From: Eledone cirrhosa
Taxonomy: Eukaryota
Assembly (NCBI GenBank): GCA_964016885.1
Contig: OZ024740.1
Coordinates: forward strand, 153,636,001-153,700,000
DNA length: 64,000 nucleotides
Direction of reading: 5' to 3'
Under the pieces are notes generated by a model. It worked only from the letters and a program-made list of their open reading frames with translations, ran no database searches and had not been told where the DNA came from. The position numbers were made by a program, and so were the translations under genes. Every line of letters begins with the position of its first letter. Within the stretch, counting starts at the first letter, position 1. Below, one piece after another: positions 11,566-24,018 of this stretch.

Positions 11566-13126
11566 ATCGCTTACAAATATTCAGACATCACCACAGATGA
11601 ACTTCACATCATTCTCACTGCACGTAAAACCATCCTAGAGTTCAACAATGAATATTGGACCAGAGCTGATACCTCTAACAACTTTGACATCACAATGGGA
11701 GCATCCGATTCATCCCAATTGACAGATTTAATTGGTATCTTTATTTTGAACTCTTTGAATCGGAAAATTCCTCAACTTCGCGGTGGAATTTATCGTGACG
11801 ATGGACTCTTTACTATCTTAATTTGCAACATAGTTAACCTTAATATTATTAAGAACAATATACGTAATCTCTTTAACCAACATAACTTAAAAATTGAATT
11901 TGATAACAGCATCAAACTAGCTAATTTCTTGGATGTATCTCTTAATCTTGACACTGTCCTATATTACCCTTACCATAAAAACAATGAGAACCTAAATTAT
12001 GTTAATTTTAAATCTAACCACCCCACTAATATTAAGAATGCTATAGTTAGTAATATTGGAAAAAGAATATCTAACCTATCTTCTAATAAAAACATCTTTG
12101 ATGCTAACGCCAATTAATAACGCGCTTTCTAAAGCCGGTTATCCTGATAAAATCAAATATAGAAAAGAAACAAATTCTAGAAGATCTTACAGTAGAATAA
12201 TTAATCATGATCATTCCAATAACTTTAATAAAAGACCTAGATACAAAAACATAATCGGGTATAATGCTCCTTTCTCCATCTCTATTAATAATAATATTCC
12301 TAAATTATTCTTTAGTGCCTTAAATAAATGCTTCCCTCCCTCACATATCTATAGTAAAATATTTAACAAACACACTATAAAATTTTCCTATTCGACCTCC
12401 TCCAACATCTCCAACATTATCTCTAAACACAACAATAAAATACTAAATACTAAATCTCTTCCTTCCAACACTGAATATCATAATAATAGTAATAGTACTC
12501 CCGACGTCATTGTTAACTCTAGGCTAATTTCTGCAAACCCAAATACACCGTCAAACGCAACTTCGCTAAATGTTCTTAATCCCATTCTAAATCAAGAAAC
12601 TATTATTCCTATCGTAAATAACTTCTCCAATCCAATCCCTTCTATAGATAACACTAGGTCACTTGTTAATAACTCTGTTAATCTCTCTAATCGCAATTGC
12701 AATTGCCCTGTTAAAAATAAATGTCCTCTCAACAACCATTGTCTTGAAAAAAAATTAATCTACGAATGTAAAGTTATAACTGACACCAATTCCTTTACCT
12801 ATTTTGGCTCCACTTCCACCTCCTTTAAAGCTCGTCTTTATAATCATCATTCGTCTTTTAAATACCAACTTAAAAGAACCAACACGGCACTCTCAGAACT
12901 CATATGGTCCTTGAAAAACAAAAATATTAACTATAACATCTCTTGGAAGAAGATTTGTTCTGCTTCTTCATACTTGAATAGTTCTCTATCCAAGACATGC
13001 AATCTCTGTTTATGTGAAAAATTTACCATTATATCTAATTTAGATTCTATAATAAATAGACGCACTGACTTGTTTTCTCTCTGCTTGCATAAATTCCACA
13101 GAACATTCCATAAAGTATACAGCTAA
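11566..13126 (+). pseudogene. PLE reverse transcriptase (motifs B-E, thumb) plus GIY-YIG endonuclease; one frameshift near 12110
   Basis: Frame open from 11566: ..HIILTARKTILEF..FDITMGASDSSQLTDLIG..GIYRDDGL..NFLDVSLNL..YVNFKSNHP. Second frame: YNAPFS..IFNKHTIKFSYS..CNCPVKNKCPLNNHC..LIYECKV..YFGSTSTSFKARLYNH..CNLCLCEK..NRR. Confidence 0.9.
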
Positions 13127-14124
13127 TATCTAATACTTTATCAATTTAAAATCCTTTTCTCAAAGGCACATATATATATATATATACATATATATTTCTT
13201 TAAAAATATACCCATCTTTCTACCTTATTTCAATGTTATTTATTATACATTATATAATACTAGTTACTCATTCTATATCATTCCTATTTATCACTTCCCT
13301 TTCTTTCTTTTTTCCTTTTTTCTTTTCTTTTTTTCTTTTTCTTTTAATTTCTAACCCCTAATCTGTACCTTTTCTTCCTAGATACTTCTCAATTATCATT
13401 GTGCCTAACGTAGAAACAATTATTACTCAGCACAATATATTCTTACTTTATATCACCTTGAAAAAAATCCTTCGTAAACATAAACATTTTTTTGACGTTA
13501 GATTATTCATCCTCAATTCATTATTTTTTTCTCCGTTTCTTGCTCATCTAACTTATACATATTACACTTATTCATCCACTCTTCTACTTCTTTCACAATA
13601 TATCCTTAATTACATTACTATTGCTATATTTTTATATTTTTTAATAATACATATCAACAATTTCTTTCTATCGCACATATTATTAAACCCTTAAATATTA
13701 TTCTTAATACATATTAACATTTCTTTTCATCGCACATATTATTAAACCCTTAAATATACAAACCTTAAGTTAACATTATTCAAAACTTTTCTCTTCGTTA
13801 ATTTTCAAATTCTTTTAATTTATATATTATCTTCCAACGGTTTTTCAACCTCTCTATGTAAAACAATATATTTTTCTCAGTTATAAAAGCTATCTCTCTC
13901 TCTCTATCACCCATCTCTCCTCCTATCTCATCCTCCATCATTATACTCCTCCCCCTCCACTTTTTACTCTCATCTCCTCCTCTTTTTCATCCTTCCCCCC
14001 CCCCCCCCCCCTCCGGCCTCAATTTTTTCCCCAATATCACACATCAATCTAAAACTACTTTTCATATGTTGATTTAAAACTGCACTATTCACAAGTGTGT
14101 TTTAACCTTCATATCATGTCTCCC

Positions 14125-14195
14125 TATTTTATCTGACGAAAACGCAAATGTTATTGCATGATGATATTTGTTTTTGAAATGCGCATAATAAAATA
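14125..14195 (+). ncRNA. Type I hammerhead ribozyme motif at PLE 3' end
   Basis: tattttat-CTGACGA-aaac-gcaaatgtta...tgatatttg-ttttt-GAAA-tgcgca-TA-ataaaata. Perfect 8-bp helix I, long helix II, palindromic helix III (atgcgcat), AUA triplet. Confidence 0.85.
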
Positions 14196-14232
14196 CATAG
14201 AACTCTTTTAACCATCTTTTGATCTTATATAT

Positions 14233-14366
<134 letters not shown>

Positions 14367-15164
14367 GAAAGTATAGAAATTATTGTGAGCATGAAGCCAA
14401 CAGTATTTCATAATATATAAGTGACTATAACGTCAAAATGGAAAAATAATTAACGTAAGATGTGGGAAAATAATTCAAACTCAATTTAAAAAAAATCAAG
14501 ACAGATTTATCCACAGATTTTGTGAAATCCAGGGAGAAACCAATAGAGACTTAACTCTGAATAAAATAAAGTTTAAATACTCATCCTTCAATTTGGAAAA
14601 ACTACAAATGCTCTATCTAGTCTTAAAAATAGTATTTCACGAAACTTTTCAGTGGGGATGGTCACGGTTGGAACCGTTCATCAGTAGAGCTCAAACACGA
14701 TAACCCTAGTACCACTGCTAGAATATGCAAAAAGGGAATACATGCATATATATATATATATATATATAAAGACAACCGCACCGCACACACATATATATAT
14801 ATATATATGTGTCTATAAATATGTATAAATATGGTTTGAACCCGTAAGACCTGAGGAAGTCGTAGGCACATCACATTGGCAGGGCATTTTTGAACCTGGT
14901 GGAGCACAGCCCATCTCCAGGCATGATAGAGTGAGAGAAATAAGGTAAGAAAGTAATATAAAGGTAGGATCGACCCCTGTACTAGACTGGTACTTTATTT
15001 ATCGACATCGAATGGATGAAAGACAATAATGACCTCGGCGAGATTTGAACTGAGAGAACAGAGAGTCGGAAGAAACAACGCAAACACTCTAACAGACTTT
15101 CTAACGACGACTCTGCAAATTCGCCGACTTGTATATATAATATATATATATATATGTGTATATG

Positions 15165-15200
<36 letters not shown>

Positions 15201-15368
15201 CGTGTGTGTGTATGTGTATTAAAATTATAAGCATTAGGTATAATGATCGGAATATCACGTTATCAACAGGTATTTTGCTCTATACCAAATTTGTGAATGA
15301 CATTTATATATATATGTCTGTGTGTGTGGGTGTTTGTGTGGGTGTGTTTATTTATATGCCTGTGTGTG

Positions 15369-15371
<3 letters not shown>

Positions 15372-15403
<32 letters not shown>

Positions 15404-15457
15404 TGCGAAAGACAGAGAGAGAGTGAGAGAGAGAGAGAGGGAGAGAGAGAAAGCGAA

Positions 15458-15534
<77 letters not shown>

Positions 15535-15557
15535 AAGACAGAGAGAGTGAAAGCGAA

Positions 15558-15612
<55 letters not shown>

Positions 15613-15647
15613 GAAAGCGAAAGACAGAGAGAGTGAAAGCGAAAGAC

Positions 15648-15701
<54 letters not shown>
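15372..15701. repeat. Compound (GA)n repeat punctuated by aagcgaaagaca
   Basis: (GA)n tracts separated by a recurring gcgaaagaca motif (~6 times). Confidence 0.9.
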
Positions 15702-15702
<1 letters not shown>

Positions 15703-16092
15703 AAATGATAGTGCACAGAGATATAGGGATTAGAAGTATTTCAGTTAACTAAACGCTAATCTGAACATTAAATATGAAAGCGGTAATTATTTAAGGGAAA
15801 CATGTACAACTATCATTATCGACAACCTGGTGTATAAAAGGTTTTGGGAAAACGTGAAATGTTAACGAAAGGAAATTTATAAGAGAAAGAAGGAATGGAA
15901 GAAAGAATTTTAAAAGAAAAGTTATCTTTTTTATATGAAAAAACTTATAATGTTCAATTTACTATACTGTCTTTGCGGGGCTTTTTTCTTATCAGTAAAG
16001 CTGTCTGTCTATCAATCAATCTATCTAACTACCTATCTATAGATATCTATCTATCTCTTTCTTTCTCTCCCCCACCCCTCTCTCTCTCTCTC

Positions 16093-16655
16093 TAATTTAT
16101 AAAATGATAATAAGAGATCGAAGTTTTAATTCAACATATTTTACTAATTCATGTGTTAAAACTTCGATGCATCATTCTTGATATAAAAACTGCAAATGAT
16201 GTTAATAATTGTTTTTACTTTTGGCACAAGGCCAGCAACTATCCCAGTGTATTTCTGGTACTTTATTTTATCGACCCCGTAAGTATGAAAGGCAGGATTT
16301 GAACTCAGATCATAAAGGGCCGTAAGTCTTTGCTGCAAAGCATGACGTCCGACCCTCTACCGATACTGCCGATCCACTAAACGGATAACAGTATAACTCT
16401 CAAATTTAAATACCAAATATTGCAATATATGTGAATACATTGAATGCTGAAACGGGTACTATCTTTAATAATTATTAATACTCATCAACCGATACGCTAC
16501 ACATACATGCACACGCACACACACACACACACACACACATACATGCACACACACACACACACATACATGCACACACACACACACATACATGCACACACAC
16601 ACACACATACATGCACACACACACACACATACATGCACACACACACACACATACA

Positions 16656-16690
<35 letters not shown>

Positions 16691-16830
16691 ACACACACAC
16701 ATACATGCACACACACACACGCACACACACACACACATGCACACACGCACGCACACACACACACACACACACACACGCATACACACTCTCTCACTTTCTC
16801 TTTATGTCCGTCTGTACAATATATGTATGA
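16093..16830 (+). repeat. Diverged segmental duplicate of 53362-54046
   Basis: Shared unique flank aatttataaaatgataataagagatcgaag..., same SINE insertion point, then acggataacagtataactctcaaa...acgctacac(CA)n...tatgtcc.tctgtacaatatatgtatg. Confidence 0.9.
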
Positions 16831-16832
16831 TA

Positions 16833-16909
<77 letters not shown>

Positions 16910-17091
16910 CGTGACGGTGTATATATGTATGTGTATCTATAGGACAATAACGTGATATAGATGTGAGTCCTAGAGCAATGACACGGAAATAAAACTCATC
17001 ATCGATTGTATCAATAAGATTTGCTTACTATATGATTGAATGATTTTTCATTTCTGTATGTATGTGTGTGCGTGTGCGTGCGTGTGATTGT

Positions 17092-17122
<31 letters not shown>

Positions 17123-17283
17123 AATCTCCCTGTCTGATTATATATATTATTTATCTCGGTGTGTGTCTGTCTATCACCATTTCTCCATCGAAGGGTCGTT
17201 AATGGTTAGAAATATCTGTCAACAGCCCTGTAATATATCCATAGCCAAGGCATTTAAATCTCGTAGTCTTGTACAGTAATATG

Positions 17284-17425
17284 CAGACCTGTCAACTCTC
17301 TTCGTCCGACGGAGAAATCTCTCAACCACTTGTAAAATCTCCCCATTTTGCCTCATTTCTTCCCGTTTTGGGGCCCTTTGTTTCATAGTACGCCCCGTTT
17401 GGGGTTTTAGAGGTTGGCAGGTCTG
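17284..17425. mobile_element. 142-bp MITE
   Basis: TIRs cagacctgtcaac / gttggcaggtctg. No clear TSD. Confidence 0.65.
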
Positions 17426-17589
17426 ATGTATGTATGTACGGAGCCCATACCGATTCAGGTTTGAACATCGACGATTTCACCCAGATAATGATAGATAGTA
17501 AAAGAGTGGAAGTGAGAAAAACATACAGAGGATCAACAATTTTTGAAAAGTTGTGTGCTTCTTAAATGCTTCTTATTTAATTCTCATGT

Positions 17590-18995
17590 ATTATTTTCAT
17601 ATCCTGAATCCAAATATCACCTTGATAAATGCATATTAGCTACAGGCTTAAAGATACACGACATGTAATATTTGATTATTTTATTATAACTTACAATATG
17701 TGTCATTATGTTTTAAGCTCTAGTCCGTATCTACTCTCTGCTTTTTTGCTTGACGCTTATAGTGGGCAAAATAATTATCTCTTGCCAATGTCCAGCAATA
17801 GTCTGCAAGCATTGTTGTCTTCCATTTGCCCTGGTACCGCTTTTCCATGGTTAACATATCTTTGTGAAACCTTTCACCATTATTTATTACATCCCATTTT
17901 CTTGTAAGCCTTGATGAGGTTTTCACCAATTATTCATAGTTTTCTTCCCTTCTGTTTTCGAGAAATCCCTTCGGCACTAACTTGAATGCTTCCCAAGTAG
18001 CTTTCTCCTACCGATGAAGGGCTGATTCAAAATCACCATCTTTAAGAAGCTCTCGAATCTGAGGACCAATGAAGACTCCCTCTTTTATCTTAGCGTCGCT
18101 CACTTTCAGACTAACTTTTGATGAATCTATGAATAGCCTCCAGTGTCTGGCTTCGTATTCAATATTAAATTCTTCCATCAGACCATTAATATTGTTGTAG
18201 GCCAATAAATCACCTTCCATCATGAAGAAATTCCTGAATTACTGCTGACTGTCACAAAATTTTGAAATGTTCACCTCAGCTGCTTGGAGATTCCACTGTT
18301 GAAGACGTGAGCCTAGCAACTTTGCCTAATTCTTAGGTATTTGTAGATCCCTGACAAGGTCATGGAGTTCCACTTGTGTTATGAGATGTGGTCTAGCGGA
18401 GTGTGCTTCATCAAAATTTGGTTTACTCTATAATCCAGCACTATCATTCTTCTCTGCTTCCTCCTCATCACTTTCTTCATCTGACTCGAAGGATACCAAA
18501 GTTGGTGCATCAGGAACAGGCAGATCTTTTCCATATGGAACTGGTCGAATATCTGATGGAATGTTTGGATATTCAATGGACTCCTTTTTCTTCTTTGACA
18601 AGCCCTTTTTTTACTGGAGCTACCATTCAGAAATAACAATTGTTGGTTTGATCTGTTGGCGCCGGCCACAACATTGCCAAAGCAAAAGGCATTCCTTTCG
18701 TCTTCCTGCTTAACCATTGACGAAGGTTAGTAGCACAAGGGTTGCAGCACATGCGAGGAGTCCATTTCTTGTCGTGGTCGCCAAACTTGCATCCAAAATA
18801 TAGGTGTTATGCCTTTTTAACCACAGTAGTTAAACGGCGCTTCTGTGATGCAAAGGTCACCTCAACACAAACGTACGTGTATGTTGAAAAGTGGAGAAAA
18901 CAAACAGTTTTAACCATGATTTTCATTAGCAGTGACCTAAAATTAGTTGGACATTGCTACTTTGGTCTCAGAATCATTTTGGTTGTTGACCAGTG
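17590..18995 (-). mobile_element. Decayed Chapaev3 (CMC superfamily) DNA transposon
   Basis: Reverse strand: VTFASQKRRLTTVVKKA*HLYFGCKFGDHDKKWTPRMCC..WLSRKTKGMPF..WRLFIDSSKVSLK..KIKEGVFIGPQIRELLKD..GERFHKDMLTMEKRYQGKW..MLADYCWTL. The right end is ..gttgaccagtg followed by TAA, fitting the CACTG terminus and TWA target of Chapaev3. Internal deletions. Confidence 0.8.
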
Positions 18996-20828
18996 TAATC
19001 CTCGATATCACGAAAGGCAAAATTGACATGTGCAGAGCCTGAACCAACTCATTTTATTTGCCACCGACTATGTGGTATAGACTATTATTATAAACAAGAA
19101 TATAGCCCGAGTAATTCTCTGCAACATCTAGAGAGGGGTGTTAAAAAACGTAGTGAACCTTATTAAAACATTACAATGTAGATATACGCCGTTGGAATGA
19201 TGGCTGGCTGCTGATATCTGCAAAATGTTTACAAAAATTCTATAAAACCTTTCTCAATAATTTTCCTAATATTTCCTCAAAAATTTAATTAAACATTTTC
19301 CTACGAATTTCTTTTACAATTTCGTTAAAAAAAAAAAAAAATTAATCTGAAATTTTCCCCAAAATTTTCCTCAAAATTTTCCTCAAGTATTTTCCTAAAA
19401 ATTCAATGCAAGATTTTTCACAAATAATTCAGTAAACATTTCTAAAAGCAGTTCATCGAAACATTTCCCCGATATTTCATCAAAACTTGAAAAAAAAAAA
19501 AAAAAACACACCAAAAATGTTATCCAAATTTACTGGTAATTTACTTCTTGCCGTAGAGTCCAACAAATCCACGCAAAAACAATAACCCCAAAGAAATATG
19601 CAAAACAAAATGTTTCATTAAAACTCCTCCCATCCAATGTTCCCATCTTAATCCTCTTCACGTTTGGGGAAGTAAACTATGATTACCAACGATTTAATCC
19701 GACATTTCATCAAAATATTTCCCTCAAATTTCATTGAAATCGAGTCATTCCGTCTCCTAACGTCATTCCTCTCGAATCTCCTCTCTGAACATGTCTTTGC
19801 TGCAGGTGTCGACGTGAAACAAGTTAAACTAAACATCAATAGGGTCATTATCCTCGGTATAGAAGGGATTGAAAAAGTCATGAGTACAGACACTTCTGTC
19901 AGACACAGCAAATAAAAAGTGAGTGTCTATATTTAACAGCTGTTTACAACCTTCAGTAATATACATTAGTAAATGATACAAACACGCAAACATACATACA
20001 CATACTCACATACACACGCACAAACAAACACGGAAAATTCATTAAAATCTTTCTCAGTATTTCATTAAATATTTTCCAAAATGTTTCACCAAAACTATTC
20101 TTGAAATATTACTCCAAAACTTCCATTAGAAATTATATCAAACATTTTTTCAAATATTTCATTAAATCTTTCACAAAATTACAAAAAGATTTTCAAAAAT
20201 TTCATAAAAAATTTCTCAAAGTGAAGTTTGGGCTCAAAACTTTGGGTGAAAAAAAGCGAGCATCTGCGTATATAGTAGGGCATAGGGAGCCAGAAATGTA
20301 AGCTTTTCTGTCATGAAACTGGTCCAAAACTATGGCATCAAATTAGCTTTTAGTTTTAGTGGCCAGAGATTTTCTTTTACAACTCATATAGAGTAATATC
20401 TATATAATCTGTGTAGAATTACTTTTTGTCATTTTTTCAATTTACTGGGAAATACCTATTTTCTGGCATGTTTACATGTCTACATATGAGATATGTGTAT
20501 ATATTTTTACACCTTGATTCCGTCTCGGTTCCACACTCTGTATTTATACAGATATAACTTTCAGCTGCTTACTATATATCTTAATTAATTTCAAACACGA
20601 GAGCTAATCATATGCAAATTAGTATGTCCATTTCAGAATAATACTGAGAGCGAATGGGTGTATATACCCCTCAATTACATGTGCCTTTGTGATGATATAC
20701 ACGTCTTCTTATGAGGGTTGAGTAAGATCCGAAAATCGATGAGAGATGCTTCTCATTTTCAGATTTGAATATATTTATACACTTTGGTGCAGTGTTAGTT
20801 ACACACTTTGTAGTTATACAAATATAAA

Positions 20829-20868
<40 letters not shown>

Positions 20869-20989
20869 CACGTGTATGTATGGTCGTGAGTGTGTATGTA
20901 AGTATGTATGTGTGTATTTGAAGAAATATTCCATGGTCTGTGATTGTTTATATATTTCTTCTTCTTTCGTAAAATCTCTTATGTCTCAA

Positions 20990-21365
20990 ATTCCGAGAAA
21001 TAGCGGCTCTACCTGGATCGACTCATTGCTTCCCGAGCCAGGCACTCTATCGAGTAACACTAACCGATGAGCCCCATTTTCGGCTGCTCGTTTGGCTTTT
21101 ACACCCACTTCTTCTGATTACCGAATGCTGAAGCTGACGCATTACTGCACTAGTTACTGCAATTGTTGCACATAATTCAGCTTCGCCTTCCATCACTTGT
21201 GAAACTGGTGCCGAGATACTTTGCTTCAATGGAACTCCACTCACATAGGGAGTGCAGTGCACAGGCTTCCTTGAGAGCACTGATTTTCATTCCTGCGATG
21301 CAGCACTCGGCATCAAACCTATCAAATGCATGTCGGAAATCACCTTCCGAAGATTTAAGTAGTTA
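20990..21365 (-). mobile_element. RTE-clade (Expander-like) LINE RT fragment, C-terminal part
   Basis: Reverse strand: SSEGDFRHAFDRFDAECCIAGMKIS..SRKPVHC..KYLGTSFTSDGR..IAVTSAVMRQL. Confidence 0.75.
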
Positions 21366-21965
21366 AGTAATACCATGTCGAAGCAAATTTCCTAACCTTT
21401 CGGCCATGCTGCATCTACACACACAGAAGCAAACATGCACACATACATACATATATATACATACATACAGACACGCATGAATACATACATAGATACACAC
21501 ACACATACATACATACATACATAGATACATACATAGATACATACATACATACATACATACATACATACATACATACATACATACATACATACATACATTC
21601 CTATAAGCCTTCTATAATTAAGTGAAAGCAAAAATCCGATGTATCTGATATTTTGATTAAACGATCCGCATTTGTAAGAACATTTATGTATGAGTATATC
21701 TATACCGTTGTATATATGAGTGCGTCTGTATTTGTAAAAACATGTGTGGAGGAATAACTTTAGAAACCTTCAATTTGCATACAGTAATCTAATTTCTTGT
21801 ATCAATGAAATTTACAGTTGCAGTTAACTACATGTATGAATGTTTTTCTTTATTTTACATCAGTTAATGTACATCTACGTTACATTTCATTTATTTTGTA
21901 TATATATTTTACATACAATTCTTTCCCAATATAGTTGCGTCACATTTGTCTCTTCGCTCCTATTT

Positions 21966-22076
<111 letters not shown>

Positions 22077-22284
22077 TGGGATGGACACACGCGTGAAACT
22101 TGCTGAGTAAGTTCTGCTTAAATTTCTATAGAAATTCTTGACTGTAAACTTTCATTTTTGTACCATTTTGTAGAGGGACTGCCAGGTCAAATTTTGATCT
22201 GGTCAGTCTCTCAAAATATTCTACGCCTTTAGGCGAAATAGTTAACAAAAAGTTTTTTTTTGAAAAGCTAACATTTTAAAAAAA

Positions 22285-23754
22285 ATGGCTGAAGCTTCTT
22301 CACCAAAATTCGAAGGCGGAAAGGGGAAGATATGCTTACAGCTTCCCCCTGCCACTGTCATAGTAGCAGATGTCAAAGACAAAGATCAGCCAGGGGAAGG
22401 ATTTTCTCCACCTGCTGACCGACAATTTGACGTTGCCATAGCAACAAACCAAAAGTGTAAAACAATGAACAAAACCAACACAACCAGAGGTACCAGCAAC
22501 AACAACAACAACAATGCTATGAACGAAAACAACACCAACAACAATAACAATAACAACAACAACAACAACAAGACCAATAACTGTGATAACAACAACAATG
22601 ATAACAACAATACCACCAACTACAACAGCAACACAAACAAGGAAAGGATCTCCTTCGCCCAGACGGCAAGGAAAACCCTCGACTATCTGCCAGTAGATAT
22701 AACCAAAGCGAAGGAGCTACTGGCAGATGCCAAAAAATACATAATGAACGGGGAAAATGGATCATTTTCGACCCCCCCCCCCCCCGGAACTAAAAAGCCA
22801 GAGACTCCCAGACTGTCCTAAACATGACAGTGTTTAGGAGTCTCAAACAAAACCAAAAAACCAACTCAACCATCACAGAGTGAGATAGAGCTGGTTTTAA
22901 AAGATGTCATGAAAGCCATCATATTCATTCAGAAGGATAGACTCTACGGGAGTCTATCCATTCTCATGAAGGACAGGGACACAGCAGTGAAACTGTCCAT
23001 AAAACCAATTACATCCACCGCATACACCTTCTACCCTACGTACATGGGTAGAAGGACACAAAAAATAAAAATTCACACCATCCTTCCGATTATGGACATA
23101 TGGTGGGTATTGACAGGTTTCCTAGACCTAGAAGATGACATGGGAAAGGCATCGGGTGACGCGTTCAGTGGAACGAGCCTCGAACTTGTAGTTCAAATGA
23201 GGCCCGAAAGGATCGCCCAGATCCCTGAACGCGTCATACTGTATGATCAAACTTTTATCAACATTACCGTTGAGGGTAGGCGGCCCTTGTGTTACCTCTG
23301 TGGAGCCAGAGGTCACATGAGGGCTGTCTGTCCTCAACTTAATAAGAAAACCCCAATCCTGCCTACACCACCAACAACTGCACAACAAACACAATCACCA
23401 CAACCACCACTACAAAAACAACAACCACAGCTCAAACCAAAACAAAACAATGTCCAACCCATCTCCCCCACTAAAAAAAAACAATTTCCAAAACACCCGC
23501 ACCTCAAACACAACCCGAAAATCTACCCCTCCCCTCCAACGCGGAATATGACCCTCGTCCGTCGTCAGACGAGGAGGAGCACTTCCACACAATCAAAAGA
23601 AAAAAAAAGAAAACACACCTCAGACACACAAATGAAAACAACCCCTCCCAAAAACATAACACAGACACCAACACAAAAGAGCACACAACAACAGCAAACA
23701 AAAAACACCACACTAAAACAAAAACATGCATACACATACATAAACAAGAAATAA
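22285..23754 (+). pseudogene. Tx1-type ORF1 (gag-like, zinc knuckle), frameshifted
   Basis: MAEASSP..poly-Asn..ISFAQTA, a break around the C-homopolymer at ~22772-22785 and stops, then ..ITVEGRRPLCYLCGARGHMRAVCP (CX2CX4HX4C) and a Pro/Gln/Lys/Thr-rich tail. Confidence 0.8.
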
Positions 23755-24018
23755 AAACTGCTAAACATTGTGTACAACAACAATTTAGTAAAAACCCAAG
23801 GGCCTAACTTCACCCAGGCAGAGGATTTACCCCACTTCAAAATGATTAAGGCCCCAGAGGACACATATAAAAAACTAAAAAAACAACTTTAAAGAGGACG
23901 TGCCCCCCTACCCCAGCGTCGGGCCCATTAACCGCGTCCTCCTAAAACACTTCCCCACCCCCTCTCAAACACCCACACAACTCCAAACACCCCAACCACA
24001 CAACACACTAATGCCTTA

